A DNA stretch of 25,339 nt from a virus (lineage: Duplodnaviria > Caudoviricetes): positions 1 through 25,339 of the IMG/VR virus record IMGVR_UViG_3300009686_000018, one strand, 5' to 3'. The position numbers and the translations under genes are program-made. The number at the start of each line of letters is the position of its first letter. Position 1 is the stretch's first letter. Below are positions 15,812 to 24,094 of this stretch, in pieces. The notes below the pieces were generated by a model, which saw only the letters and a program-made list of their open reading frames with translations, made no database searches and was not told where the DNA came from.

Positions 15812-16649
15812 CACAATCACCTCGCTTTTTAAATTTTTCTTGATTTCTACGTGCTATTTCCTCTAATTTACTTTCGCCCAAACCTGCCATTTTACCTTCA
15901 AAATTATGAAATTTATTAGGCTTAGTAGTTTGTGGCTGTTTGACTGCTACCTTCTGATTAAGGTAGCTTTCAAATTTTGTTCCAAACAGCGTCTCAGGCC
16001 TTAGATATTTTTCCATTTCTGTTTTCAGCCATTCAGCCGATTTTATATCTATAACCTTTTTAAAATCCTCTAATGTAAATTTATCGTTTACTCTTGCATC
16101 TATTAGTGATTTTGTTTTAGCAGAAGATGTTTTGTATTTTGTATTACATTTAAGATTTAGATAATCAACTACAGGACTATATATCTTATCTATACTATCC
16201 TTACCTAACTCTAACCTAACCTTACCTAACCTAACCTGTGCTTCCAAACTGTCACCATTCTGTATACATTCTGTATCCGATAATGCTGGAATAGCTTTTT
16301 TCATTGTGTAAGTTCCGTTTTTTTTAGTATCCAATTTTTGTATTTCTTCTTGATATATAGTAGGTTTATATCTGTCTTTTTGTATATAATTGTGTATTTT
16401 CCAATGTTTTATAACTACAATTCCACTTTCAAAAGGTATGATGAATTTTTTCATAATCAGTAATTTGAAATCATCGTCAGCACAACCTATCATTCGTTGA
16501 ATCTTCTTAGGATTATTTATAAACCCATCATCATCAGCTCTCATTGATAAGTGGAAATATAAAGCTTGTGTTGATAGCGGCATATCTAAAAATGCATCAC
16601 TATCCATTATTGTTTTAGCAAACATCCTACGTTCCGCTATAATGTCCAC
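15795..16649 (-). CDS. phage replication initiator (replisome-organiser N-terminus plus conserved phage C-terminal domain)
   Basis: AERRMFAKTI.DSDAFLDMPLSTQALYFHLSMRADDDGF; VVDYLN...KY, FTLEDFKKVID.K, YLRPETLFGTKFESYLNQ. True start may be ATA at 16640. Confidence 0.9.
   Translation of the reverse strand: MDIIAERRMFAKTIMDSDAFLDMPLSTQALYFHLSMRADDDGFINNPKKIQRMIGCADDDFKLLIMKKFIIPFESGIVVIKHWKIHNYIQKDRYKPTIYQEEIQKLDTKKNGTYTMKKAIPALSDTECIQNGDSLEAQVRLGKVRLELGKDSIDKIYSPVVDYLNLKCNTKYKTSSAKTKSLIDARVNDKFTLEDFKKVIDIKSAEWLKTEMEKYLRPETLFGTKFESYLNQKVAVKQPQTTKPNKFHNFEGKMAGLGESKLEEIARRNQEKFKKRGDCDESNI
16200..16276. repeat. short direct repeats inside the initiator gene; putative replication origin
   Basis: Five CTAAC units in 16205-16235 (CTTACCTAAC at 16200 and 16221) and CATTCTGTAT at 16256 and 16267, all in the inter-domain linker. 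Confidence 0.55.
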
Positions 16650-17167
16650 GCTCCTTTCATCATTTCAATTTCCGCTGGAGTAAGTGTTGATATCTTTAAT
16701 TCCTTACATTCGCTCACTATTCCATCAATCAAAATTGACATTTCTTTTGTGTCATACTCACTACTTCCCATAAACACTTTTATATGTGTAAATGATTTTC
16801 CGTTTACCATTCCATGTCCAAACTCTTCAGCATATTTTACTGACTTCATAAATATTGAAACAGCTTCATCTTGAACGGATACAATGCTGCTCTGTCCGTA
16901 TCTTTTCAACATAGATAGATATACTTCGTCTTTGCTAGACCGTAATACATTTGCCATTTCAGTTACAAGTTTCCACGCGTACGCATTTGAATCTAACGAG
17001 CGTTTTTTCTTCTTGTTACATATCTTAGCTTCTTTAATTTTATCGTTACTTAAAAGCTCATTTAATGCTTCTATATCATTTTGCTGTTGTTTGGAAACTT
17101 CAAACATGACGTTGAAGTTTCCGTTGAATTCTCTTGTAATTTTACCTTTAGTAAATGTTAATTCCAT
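16637..17167 (-). CDS. NinB/Orf-like recombination protein
   Basis: KKRSLDSNAYAWKL...MA, GSSEYDTKEMS.LIDGIV.EC.EL.I.TL. Confidence 0.8.
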   Translation of the reverse strand: MELTFTKGKITREFNGNFNVMFEVSKQQQNDIEALNELLSNDKIKEAKICNKKKKRSLDSNAYAWKLVTEMANVLRSSKDEVYLSMLKRYGQSSIVSVQDEAVSIFMKSVKYAEEFGHGMVNGKSFTHIKVFMGSSEYDTKEMSILIDGIVSECKELKISTLTPAEIEMMKGAWTL

Positions 17168-17175
17168 ATCATCAC

Positions 17176-17463
17176 CTACAAGTAATTTCTTCCAATAAGT
17201 TTTATAAATTCTTCCCTACTGTGCATTTCTTCAAACTTCGCTTGACATTTCATTTTTAAAGTCAAATCAAAATATCTATTGTGGTGAACGCTAATTCCAC
17301 TGTCTTGATTATGATATTTTCCTGTGAGCCATACCCAAAAACCATTCTCGTCAGATACTTTTTTATTCCCTGTGCCAAAGAATATATGATGGGTATGCAA
17401 GTTGTCAGTTCTGCCTGTTAAATAGCATTCTTTTACATCTTGCAATATTGAGGGTTTTCTCAT
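17176..17463 (-). CDS. small HNH/Ref-like nuclease-domain protein
   Basis: SILQ...ECY..G....LH.HHIFFG...K.SD..GF.VWL...H......VH...D..LK...Q..FE..HSREEF..LIGRNYL. Confidence 0.7.
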   Translation of the reverse strand: MRKPSILQDVKECYLTGRTDNLHTHHIFFGTGNKKVSDENGFWVWLTGKYHNQDSGISVHHNRYFDLTLKMKCQAKFEEMHSREEFIKLIGRNYL

Positions 17464-18353
17464 ATCCTGCCTTGTCCTCCTACTTCATAATTTATATCAT
17501 TAGCTTTCAAGTAGTCCGACACACCCCTAAGTTGCCTTAATTCACCTGTTATCTTATAGTTAGCATAATACTTCTGCTCAATTATTTCCTTCTCTATAGG
17601 CTCGAATATCGGCTCTGGTACTGTTTCGAATATTGGTTCTGGTTCTGGTATGATTTCTATTATTGGTTCTATTTTTGGTGGATTCTCTGCTCTGTAAATA
17701 TTAGCTGCTCTTAATTTAATTTCTGCTATAACATCTTTAGCCGACATATTTCTGTCAATATATCTTTTAAAGTCCTCAAATTTCATTTTGCTATTAATTC
17801 TCTCGTTCTCTGATTCAATTGCATCTTTGATAATTTCGATAAGCTCAGCTTCTCTGTCTTGTTCAACTTTTAGTGTCATTGCTTTACTTGTTAAATCTTC
17901 TTTGACCTCTGATTCCTTTGCTGTTAAATTGCAATACTTATCTATAATTATTAATTGTGATGCATATTTTTCGTTAAGCTCTTGCTCCTGAACAACTTCT
18001 TGAATAATTCTCAATGCTACATTGTGTTTTTCTTCTCTTTTTAAATCGTCAAATACTTTAATTCCATCTTTTATAGGTTGTTCTGCTTCTTCGACCAGTG
18101 CAATTAATTCCTTGCATTGATTTTCAAACTCTGTGATAGGTTTAGATAATGTTTTTTTCTTATCCTTTCTATAATTGTCAAGCGTAACTCTCGTACTTGC
18201 TAATTCCTTTTGTGATTCTTTGCATACTTTCAATGTTTCTTCTGTTACAACAATATTTCTGTAACCTTCCAATGTTTCTGTTAATGCTGTTTTCATTTCC
18301 TCAAAATTTATTTGTATGATAGGTAAACTCTCTTGTAATATTTTAACTTCCAT
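17460..18353 (-). CDS. DUF1351-family coiled-coil protein of phage recombination modules
   Basis: INFEEMK..L...L..Y...VVTEE, LA...LDNYRK..KK....P..EFE; adjacent to ERF. Confidence 0.8.
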   Translation of the reverse strand: MEVKILQESLPIIQINFEEMKTALTETLEGYRNIVVTEETLKVCKESQKELASTRVTLDNYRKDKKKTLSKPITEFENQCKELIALVEEAEQPIKDGIKVFDDLKREEKHNVALRIIQEVVQEQELNEKYASQLIIIDKYCNLTAKESEVKEDLTSKAMTLKVEQDREAELIEIIKDAIESENERINSKMKFEDFKRYIDRNMSAKDVIAEIKLRAANIYRAENPPKIEPIIEIIPEPEPIFETVPEPIFEPIEKEIIEQKYYANYKITGELRQLRGVSDYLKANDINYEVGGQGRI

Positions 18354-18361
18354 ATTTCCTC

Positions 18362-19120
18362 CTATAATCCTAAGTCTGTTTGTACTTTAGTTTTAACTTT
18401 TTCTAAACTCTTCATCGCATCCGCCCACTGTTCCATTGTCAAATCTTTTATAGCTGCAATTTTATAATGCTTACAAATTGCTGTTGATTTATAACCTGTC
18501 CTATCAAGTTCAGCTTGCAGTGATTCAAATTGTACTTTGCTAATTGCTCTAGCTTTAACAGCTTCTGTTTGCTCTTGTGTAGGTTCTTGTTGTATAGGTT
18601 TTGTTTGTTGCGTAGGTTTATTTTTGTCTTGTGTTACTGTGCTTTTTTCTTCTAATTCTTGCGAACTTATCTTGTCTGGATCCTCACCTGTAGGAATTGC
18701 AAAAGTTCTCAATAACATATATTTATAAGAGTAAGTCATTGCCTTGCCTACTCCCTTGTCTTGCGAATCAACTCCACTTCCTGATGATGCAAGTATTTCA
18801 AATTCTGTCGGCTTACTAATATTGACAATCTTGTACTTCACGTCAACCCTCGTTAGCAATCTCTGCTTCTTTTCAACTTTTCCGTACGCTTCTTTTTCGT
18901 ATTCTGTAAATATTTCTTCCGTGTGCTGCTCTATCGGTAATATAACTAATCCGTTGCTAATTAGTGAAGTCCTGACTGATGAAGTAACTTTTTCTTCCGA
19001 AACGGCTTTGTATGATTCTGTTTTACTAGTGCTGACCTTATCATCCTTTGCAAGGTATTCGATATCTTGCATTACTCTGCTTATTTTTTGATATAAATTC
19101 AATTCTTTTACTTCGCTCAT
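18362..19120 (-). CDS. erf: ERF-family single-strand annealing protein
   Basis: NLYQKI..V, G.DSQDKGVGKAMTYSYKY.L...F.IPTGEDPD. Confidence 0.88.
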   Translation of the reverse strand: MSEVKELNLYQKISRVMQDIEYLAKDDKVSTSKTESYKAVSEEKVTSSVRTSLISNGLVILPIEQHTEEIFTEYEKEAYGKVEKKQRLLTRVDVKYKIVNISKPTEFEILASSGSGVDSQDKGVGKAMTYSYKYMLLRTFAIPTGEDPDKISSQELEEKSTVTQDKNKPTQQTKPIQQEPTQEQTEAVKARAISKVQFESLQAELDRTGYKSTAICKHYKIAAIKDLTMEQWADAMKSLEKVKTKVQTDLGL

Positions 19121-19387
19121 CTATATTTCCTCCTCTTGTGGCATTTCAAATACCAAATATTTATATTCCACCATTCCACCGTATTTAGCTTGACATTCAG
19201 CGTACGCATTACTAGTGTAATCTAATACTTTCAATGCTTTTTCCTTTGTTGAATAGCAGCCTAAACAAATTCCACTATTTGTCATATCTATTGAATAAGG
19301 ATTTAAGTATAAACATGCACCAACTCTATCTATATATGCATTTTGGTAATCGAACAACATGTCTTTATTTTGTGAACGTATTAACAT
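19121..19387 (-). CDS. hypothetical phage protein
   Basis: MLIRSQNK...LG.YST.EKALKVLD...VFEMP; coupled to both neighbours. Confidence 0.75.
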   Translation of the reverse strand: MLIRSQNKDMLFDYQNAYIDRVGACLYLNPYSIDMTNSGICLGCYSTKEKALKVLDYTSNAYAECQAKYGGMVEYKYLVFEMPQEEEI

Positions 19388-19530
19388 TTGGGTTCCTCTT
19401 TTATATCACTTTTATTAAAAAATGAAACTTGTCCGCCTTTCCCGCTAATTAAAATATATTCGCCTTTTTCAAGCTGACCGATACATTTCCCCTTTCTACC
19501 ATCTTTCAAACTACAAATTTTATTAATCAT
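19381..19530 (-). CDS. hypothetical protein, 49 aa (not in ORF track)
   Basis: MINKICSLKDGRKGKCIGQLEKGEYILISGKGGQVSFFNKSDIKEEPKC; SD AAGGAGG; fills the gap and overlaps the next start. Confidence 0.65.
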   Translation of the reverse strand: MINKICSLKDGRKGKCIGQLEKGEYILISGKGGQVSFFNKSDIKEEPKC

Positions 19531-19785
19531 TTATATTTCCTCCTTAGAGATTTCAAGCGCTAATCTTCTAATCATTTTTACATCATCTTTGATTTTCTGT
19601 TTTGATGGATTTTTCATGCTACTATATTGACTATCCCAATAGTTGAAATTTTTACCTTGCTCTTTTTTATCTGCTTCATATTTTCTTTCAGCTTCTTGAT
19701 ATTCTTTTATATATTCTTGTTCTTCTTCAATATCATTTGCTAACATTTGTATAAAATTAATTTTGTTCATTTATATTTCCTCCTT
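19527..19785. repeat. 19-bp direct repeat at gene junctions (third near copy at 19117-19134)
   Basis: TCATTTATATTTCCTCCTT at 19527-19545 and 19767-19785. Confidence 0.85.
19531..19770 (-). CDS. hypothetical protein
   Basis: 79 aa with strong SD; bounded by the direct repeats. Confidence 0.7.
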   Translation of the reverse strand: MNKINFIQMLANDIEEEQEYIKEYQEAERKYEADKKEQGKNFNYWDSQYSSMKNPSKQKIKDDVKMIRRLALEISKEEI

Positions 19786-20202
19786 TAGAAATTCAATCCA
19801 ACTATCCATATCCTTAAAAATATATTCTTTTAAGTGTTTAAGTTGCTTATTACAGTCACTATCCATATCTACTCTGCTAAGATAAAGTTCTCGTAAATCC
19901 TCAATCAATTCAACTTCTTCTTCTGCTTCAACTTCATATATTCCTCTATGCTCTAAATAAAACTCTTTATGATTGTCTATGAATTTAAGCCCTCGTCTGT
20001 CGGTATATTCTGCCTTTGCACACTTGTAACAAATATCTTTGCATATATCTTCACCAAATTTATAACTACCGCATATCGAGCATTTAAAAGCTTCTTCGTA
20101 GTCTGTCGAGCCGCACGCAGGGCATACGCTCATATCCCCTAAGCTAGTTTTGATAACTTCAACTTTGTTAAAAATACATTCGCAATCCATGCATCTATTC
20201 AT
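19771..20202 (-). CDS. multi-CxxC zinc-binding hypothetical protein
   Basis: CMDC, CPACGS, CSIC, CYKC; SD AGGAGG before ATG 20202 (track starts at 20229). Confidence 0.75.
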   Translation of the reverse strand: MNRCMDCECIFNKVEVIKTSLGDMSVCPACGSTDYEEAFKCSICGSYKFGEDICKDICYKCAKAEYTDRRGLKFIDNHKEFYLEHRGIYEVEAEEEVELIEDLRELYLSRVDMDSDCNKQLKHLKEYIFKDMDSWIEFLKEEI

Positions 20203-20212
20203 TGTTTCCCTC

Positions 20213-20959
20213 CTAAAATGGTAAAACATTTGTTTTTATTAGCCTTACAACTTCCTTGGTTCTTTCGTCATATTCACATTCTGCCGTTTCTCTTACTTCA
20301 ACATATTGTTTTCCGTTTTTAGTATTAACTTCAACAATATCTCCAGCTTCAAAAATGATGTTTTCTAACTTCTCTGGAATTCTCCATGTATAAGATTTAG
20401 AATTTCCAAAATGTACCGCATGAACGTATTTAGCCATTTTTACCTCTGATTTTATGTGAGTAACAATATCTTTTACTAAAGATTCATTAAATGACTTAAA
20501 AAAAGCAGAAACATCTCTTTTATAACGACATTTTGAAAAATCTTCCGTCTTGATTATTTTTGTAATTTTCAAACAAGCTGCCGACGCTTCGCTTTCTCCA
20601 AAAGCGCCCTTACATACAGCGTTCAGTCCTATATTTAAATCATTACTCATTACCAGATACCAACCGTTAAAATCAGAATATTCATGTTCTAAGAAATAAA
20701 CGTCACCCTTCTCAAGTCCTCTTTTCTTCAATTCTTCTAAAGTCATAGTTTTCATTTGCTCGTTTCCTTTCTGTAGTCCTTCTATCATTTCATCATTCCA
20801 AAACCATACACCGCAGTCTTCTTCCATTGCGTAACGGTTACAAAGTTCACTTTTGATTGTCATAATAGTTTTCAAATACTTATCCATCTTTCCTTCGCTA
20901 TTCATGTAACCTGTTCTCTTTGATGCTATTCTTACTTTATCTCCAACTTTATATTTCAT
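20213..20959 (-). CDS. mosaic hypothetical phage protein
   Basis: N-terminal MKYKVGDKVRI...W.WNDEMIE module; C-terminal YTWRIP...GDIVEVNTKNG module; SD AGGAGG. Confidence 0.75.
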   Translation of the reverse strand: MKYKVGDKVRIASKRTGYMNSEGKMDKYLKTIMTIKSELCNRYAMEEDCGVWFWNDEMIEGLQKGNEQMKTMTLEELKKRGLEKGDVYFLEHEYSDFNGWYLVMSNDLNIGLNAVCKGAFGESEASAACLKITKIIKTEDFSKCRYKRDVSAFFKSFNESLVKDIVTHIKSEVKMAKYVHAVHFGNSKSYTWRIPEKLENIIFEAGDIVEVNTKNGKQYVEVRETAECEYDERTKEVVRLIKTNVLPF

Positions 20960-21001
20960 TTGTTTGTTCCTCCTATTTTTTTATTGATTGGTAAACCGTT
21001 T

Positions 21002-21283
21002 CTAACTCTCTAATTTGTCCGCATCACCTATGAATAAATATTCAATCGCTATGTATATAAGATTAAGTCCTAAGACTACTACCTTGTATTCATATTTATA
21101 AGGTGGATAATCAAATCTTTTAATTTTGTATTCCTTCATTTTGAGCATTCGTCTAAAATTTTTTTCGTCATATACCTGAAATTTGTTATCCATTTCCGTA
21201 TAGCTTATAATCCCTTGTTCTTTTGCTCTCAATGTTGCAATTTTTAAATCCACTGCTGTATCTATCATTTTTTCAATATCCAT
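21002..21283 (-). CDS. hypothetical protein
   Basis: 93-aa co-oriented ORF. Confidence 0.65.
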   Translation of the reverse strand: MDIEKMIDTAVDLKIATLRAKEQGIISYTEMDNKFQVYDEKNFRRMLKMKEYKIKRFDYPPYKYEYKVVVLGLNLIYIAIEYLFIGDADKLES

Positions 21284-21305
21284 TTGCTTTTTTCCCTTTC
21301 GTGTG

Positions 21306-21785
21306 TTACTCTGTACCTAGATTTTTAAACCTGCTGACTAATTTGCACTTAGTTGGCTTTTTATTTACTCCTAACTTCTTTCTATTTCTAATCCTGAATA
21401 TCGTTGTTGGACCACATCCAACTTTTTTAGCTATTTGATTATCGTTTAACCCTTGATTATAATAAGTTAAAAATTCATCATCACTTACTTTGCTATTTTT
21501 ATAAGTTGTATTTATATTCGATACCCAATACTGAACTACACCAACAGATATGCCTAGTATGCCTGCTATTTTTGCTTGTGTATTTCCCTGCTCATACAAC
21601 TCACAGCTTTTTTCTTTTAATTGTTTTCGCTTTTCTTTTTTACTCTCTACTGTTATTCCGTATTTGTTTAAAATTTTAACTACCTCTTTTTTAGATAAAG
21701 ATGATAATTCTGATAGTAGCTTTACTCTGTCCTGGCGTTCATCTGCATTTTTAAACATTAAGCATATTTCTTCATCTGTGTACAT
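21306..21785 (-). CDS. protein with tandem helix-turn-helix domains
   Basis: LYEQGNTQAKIAGILGISVGVVQYW and YNQGLNDNQIAKKVGCGPTTIFR.R; SD AGGAGG. Confidence 0.8.
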   Translation of the reverse strand: MYTDEEICLMFKNADERQDRVKLLSELSSLSKKEVVKILNKYGITVESKKEKRKQLKEKSCELYEQGNTQAKIAGILGISVGVVQYWVSNINTTYKNSKVSDDEFLTYYNQGLNDNQIAKKVGCGPTTIFRIRNRKKLGVNKKPTKCKLVSRFKNLGTE

Positions 21786-21918
21786 TACTTCCTCCTAACC
21801 TGATTAATTCTTTATGTTCGATTTTCCACCGACAATGTGGACATACATATTTATTATCTTTTACTTTTTTACTTACACCCCACTCTTCATCACAAATTTT
21901 ACACGGTATAATTTTCAT
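21772..21918 (-). CDS. small zinc-ribbon protein, 48 aa (not in ORF track)
   Basis: MKIIPCKICDEEWGVSKKVKDNKYVCPHCRWK...; SD AGGAGG; overlaps both neighbours. Confidence 0.7.
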   Translation of the reverse strand: MKIIPCKICDEEWGVSKKVKDNKYVCPHCRWKIEHKELIRLGGSNVHR

Positions 21919-22114
21919 CGCTTGCCTCCTGTACTCTTGTATTCCAGACATGTATTGCCTGTGTTCTTTGTTGGTATATAGTGGTTATCTGAGCTCCACA
22001 ATAATTACAAATAACAGAATATCTCTTGCTAAATTCTTTTGGATAATCCGTAACTTCATAATCCTGTGCTTCACCGCCACAGAACGGACATTTCTTAAGT
22101 TTTTCAGTCATCAT
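21899..22114 (-). CDS. Lar-family restriction alleviation protein
   Basis: LKKCPFCGGEA...V.CNYCGA...AI..WNTR. Confidence 0.85.
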   Translation of the reverse strand: MMTEKLKKCPFCGGEAQDYEVTDYPKEFSKRYSVICNYCGAQITTIYQQRTQAIHVWNTRVQEASDENYTV

Positions 22115-22121
22115 TTGCCTC

Positions 22122-22238
22122 CTATTTGCAAAGTATTAATCCAGCTATTAACAAAATCATGCTTGCTATAAATTTAAATCCTATTAAATCGTAATCGTCG
22201 AAAAACCTGTTAATAAACGTTTTAACTTTCTTTGTCAT
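22122..22238 (-). CDS. small putative membrane protein, 38 aa (not in ORF track)
   Basis: MTKKVKTFINRFFDDYDLIGFKFIASMILLIAGLILCK; SD GAGGA; fills the gap between antirepressor and Lar. Confidence 0.55.
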   Translation of the reverse strand: MTKKVKTFINRFFDDYDLIGFKFIASMILLIAGLILCK

Positions 22239-22968
22239 GGTTGTCCTCTTTTTCAATAAGTGGCAATATGCTATTTTCTTTTAATAATTGATAAATAAAC
22301 AATCTGCCCTTTTGTGTCCAATAAGTATGTAACTTACTTCCTTGACTTCCATCTGACTTGTTAAAATTTTGTGTTTTAGATGATGTATAACCTTTATCAG
22401 CGTGTTTTTGATACAATAGCCATGTTCCACTTAAACAATATTGGATGCCTAATTCATGCAACAACTTATTCATTGCTGTTGCGCTCATTCCGTAATCTTT
22501 AGCTATAACCGATATTGACAATAGTGAGCTATTTTGCAGTATCAAATCGTAATAAGTAGCTTTCGGCTGCAATTCGCATATAATTTGTTGCTGCTGCTTA
22601 GTTTCTAATTTCAAACTATTTATTGTTGCATCTGCTATTCTTAATGCCCTTGCCATTATTTTTTCAGGACTGTTAAATTCTTTTTCAATTTCTATAAAAT
22701 ATTGTCTAGCAGCTTTGCCTTTTTCATTTCTCTGTAACATCGCAATTTCTTTTGCCATGTCGATTGATAATTGAAAATCCGTAGATGGTCTGCCTCCTGT
22801 ACTTTCTTCCATAATTGGAATAAAGTCTATTCCTTCAGCAAAACCGTATTCAATCATTCTTTTAAACCATGTTGTGTAATTACTTTCTACTTCTAAAAAT
22901 TCATGCAATTCCCTTCCTAATATTGTTGGTCTTTCATTTTCAAAATTAATTCTTATTAATTCGTGCAT
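22222..22968 (-). CDS. phage antirepressor (AntA/AntB N-terminus plus KilA-C/ANT C-terminus)
   Basis: GRELHEFLEV...Y.TWFKRM.EYGF..G.DF, DMAKEIAMLQR, ARQYFI; PKA.YYD, IAKDYGMSA, WTQKGRLFI. Confidence 0.92.
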   Translation of the reverse strand: MHELIRINFENERPTILGRELHEFLEVESNYTTWFKRMIEYGFAEGIDFIPIMEESTGGRPSTDFQLSIDMAKEIAMLQRNEKGKAARQYFIEIEKEFNSPEKIMARALRIADATINSLKLETKQQQQIICELQPKATYYDLILQNSSLLSISVIAKDYGMSATAMNKLLHELGIQYCLSGTWLLYQKHADKGYTSSKTQNFNKSDGSQGSKLHTYWTQKGRLFIYQLLKENSILPLIEKEDNHDKES

Positions 22969-22989
22969 TCTTTGTTTTCTCCTTTCGCT

Positions 22990-23004
22990 GTTACGTTTCG
23001 TAAC
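22990..23004. promoter_or_regulatory. putative repressor operator (perfect palindrome)
   Basis: GTTACG-TTT-CGTAAC just upstream of the antirepressor SD. Confidence 0.7.
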
Positions 23005-23054
23005 TGTTTTGGCAAAATTAAATTAAACTTGTACTAATTCGCTTGTTACTTTTT

Positions 23055-23291
23055 CTAGTTCGTTTCGTTATGTAGCTTTTCATTTAAGATGAGTGTGTAA
23101 TCGATATCCAATTCATTGCACAGTTTAGAAATTTCGTCTATTCTGAAATCCACTAAACCGTTGATTTTGTTGGAAAAAGCTGATGTTGACAAGTCTGCCA
23201 TTTTTGCAGCTGTCACATAATTGATTTTCTTTTCGAAGAGTATTGATTTTAACTTTTTGAATTCCCCATATTTGCTAACTTTTTTGTCCAT
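23055..23291 (-). CDS. Cro-like XRE HTH regulator
   Basis: KLKSIL.EK...AA....LS.SAFSNKING..DF.I.EI..LC; divergent from the repressor. Confidence 0.85.
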   Translation of the reverse strand: MDKKVSKYGEFKKLKSILFEKKINYVTAAKMADLSTSAFSNKINGLVDFRIDEISKLCNELDIDYTLILNEKLHNETN

Positions 23292-23319
23292 TTTTGTTCT
23301 CCTTTTTTCGACCTTTTTA

Positions 23320-23334
23320 GTTACGTTTTGTAAC
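23320..23334. promoter_or_regulatory. putative repressor operator
   Basis: GTTACG-TTT-TGTAAC immediately downstream of the leftward -10 box. Confidence 0.7.
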
Positions 23335-23342
23335 TTAATGAC

Positions 23343-23371
23343 AGTATATTCCTAAATTTTCATATTGTCAA
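23343..23371 (-). promoter_or_regulatory. early lytic promoter
   Basis: TTGACA (23366-23371), 17-nt spacer, TATACT (23343-23348). Confidence 0.8.
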
Positions 23372-23402
23372 TATCTTTTCGTAACTTTTTATTTTATTTT
23401 TC

Positions 23403-23432
23403 TTGATTAAAAGTTTCGTATTGTGGTATAAT
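23403..23432 (+). promoter_or_regulatory. repressor/integrase promoter
   Basis: TTGATT (23403-23408), 18-nt spacer, TG-n-TATAAT (-10 at 23427-23432); SD AAGGAGG before 23461. Confidence 0.7.
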
Positions 23433-23460
23433 GCATTTAGGATGAAATAAGGAGGTTTTT

Positions 23461-24090
23461 ATGAAACTTGATAATATTAAAATTAAGGAACATTTTGGAA
23501 AAAGGTTAAGAGAATTAAGGTTAGGAAGAGATTTGACACAAGAGGACGTTGGCAAAATATTAGGAACTACAAAAGCAACAGTGTCTCGATATGAAACAGG
23601 TCGACATTCACCAGGCGTTTCTGAAATATCTTTATTAGCAGATTATTTTAAAGTTAATCCGTATTGGTTAGCAGGCTTCGATAACATTAAAGATATAGAT
23701 GAGCCTAACTTTAAAAAAATACCAGTAATCGGCTGCATAGCTTGTGGAACACCACTATTAGCAATTGAAAACATAATAATGTATGAATATGCAAACTATG
23801 GAGAAAATGTGGACTTTGCCTTGATTGCAAAGGGTGACAGTATGATTAATGTTAGAGTATTTGACGGAGATACAGTTTTTGTCAGACAACAATCCGATGT
23901 TGAGGATGGTGAAATCGCAGTAGTCCTTATAGACGATGAAGCAACTTTAAAAAGAGTTTATAAACTTAATGGCGATTTGCTTTTGAAAGCTGAGAACCCA
24001 ACATTTATAGACATTAGAATTACAGCTAAAGATAAAAAGAATGTTCGAATTTTAGGAAAAGCAATTTATTTTAAAGCTAATTTGAGGTGA
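23461..24090 (+). CDS. CI-like repressor (XRE HTH plus S24 autoprotease)
   Basis: RLRELR...LTQEDVG...VSRYETG; IPVIG.IACG cleavage region, GDSM (Ser), ATLKR (Lys). Confidence 0.93.
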   Translation: MKLDNIKIKEHFGKRLRELRLGRDLTQEDVGKILGTTKATVSRYETGRHSPGVSEISLLADYFKVNPYWLAGFDNIKDIDEPNFKKIPVIGCIACGTPLLAIENIIMYEYANYGENVDFALIAKGDSMINVRVFDGDTVFVRQQSDVEDGEIAVVLIDDEATLKRVYKLNGDLLLKAENPTFIDIRITAKDKKNVRILGKAIYFKANLR

Positions 24091-24094
24091 AATT

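Noticed and set aside
17600-17680. EPI/PEP repeats in the DUF1351 gene
   Set aside because: Low-complexity proline linker; not an array, CRISPR or DGR repeat.
1414-22171. Plus-strand ORFs in the track (1414, 1684, 2662, 3085, 4526, 4837, 5446, 7601, 11739, 12769, 13814, 14866, 16884, 17788, 18537, 18744, 19234, 21223, 21550, 21950)
   Set aside because: Antisense shadows of well-supported minus-strand genes, with no recognisable motifs.
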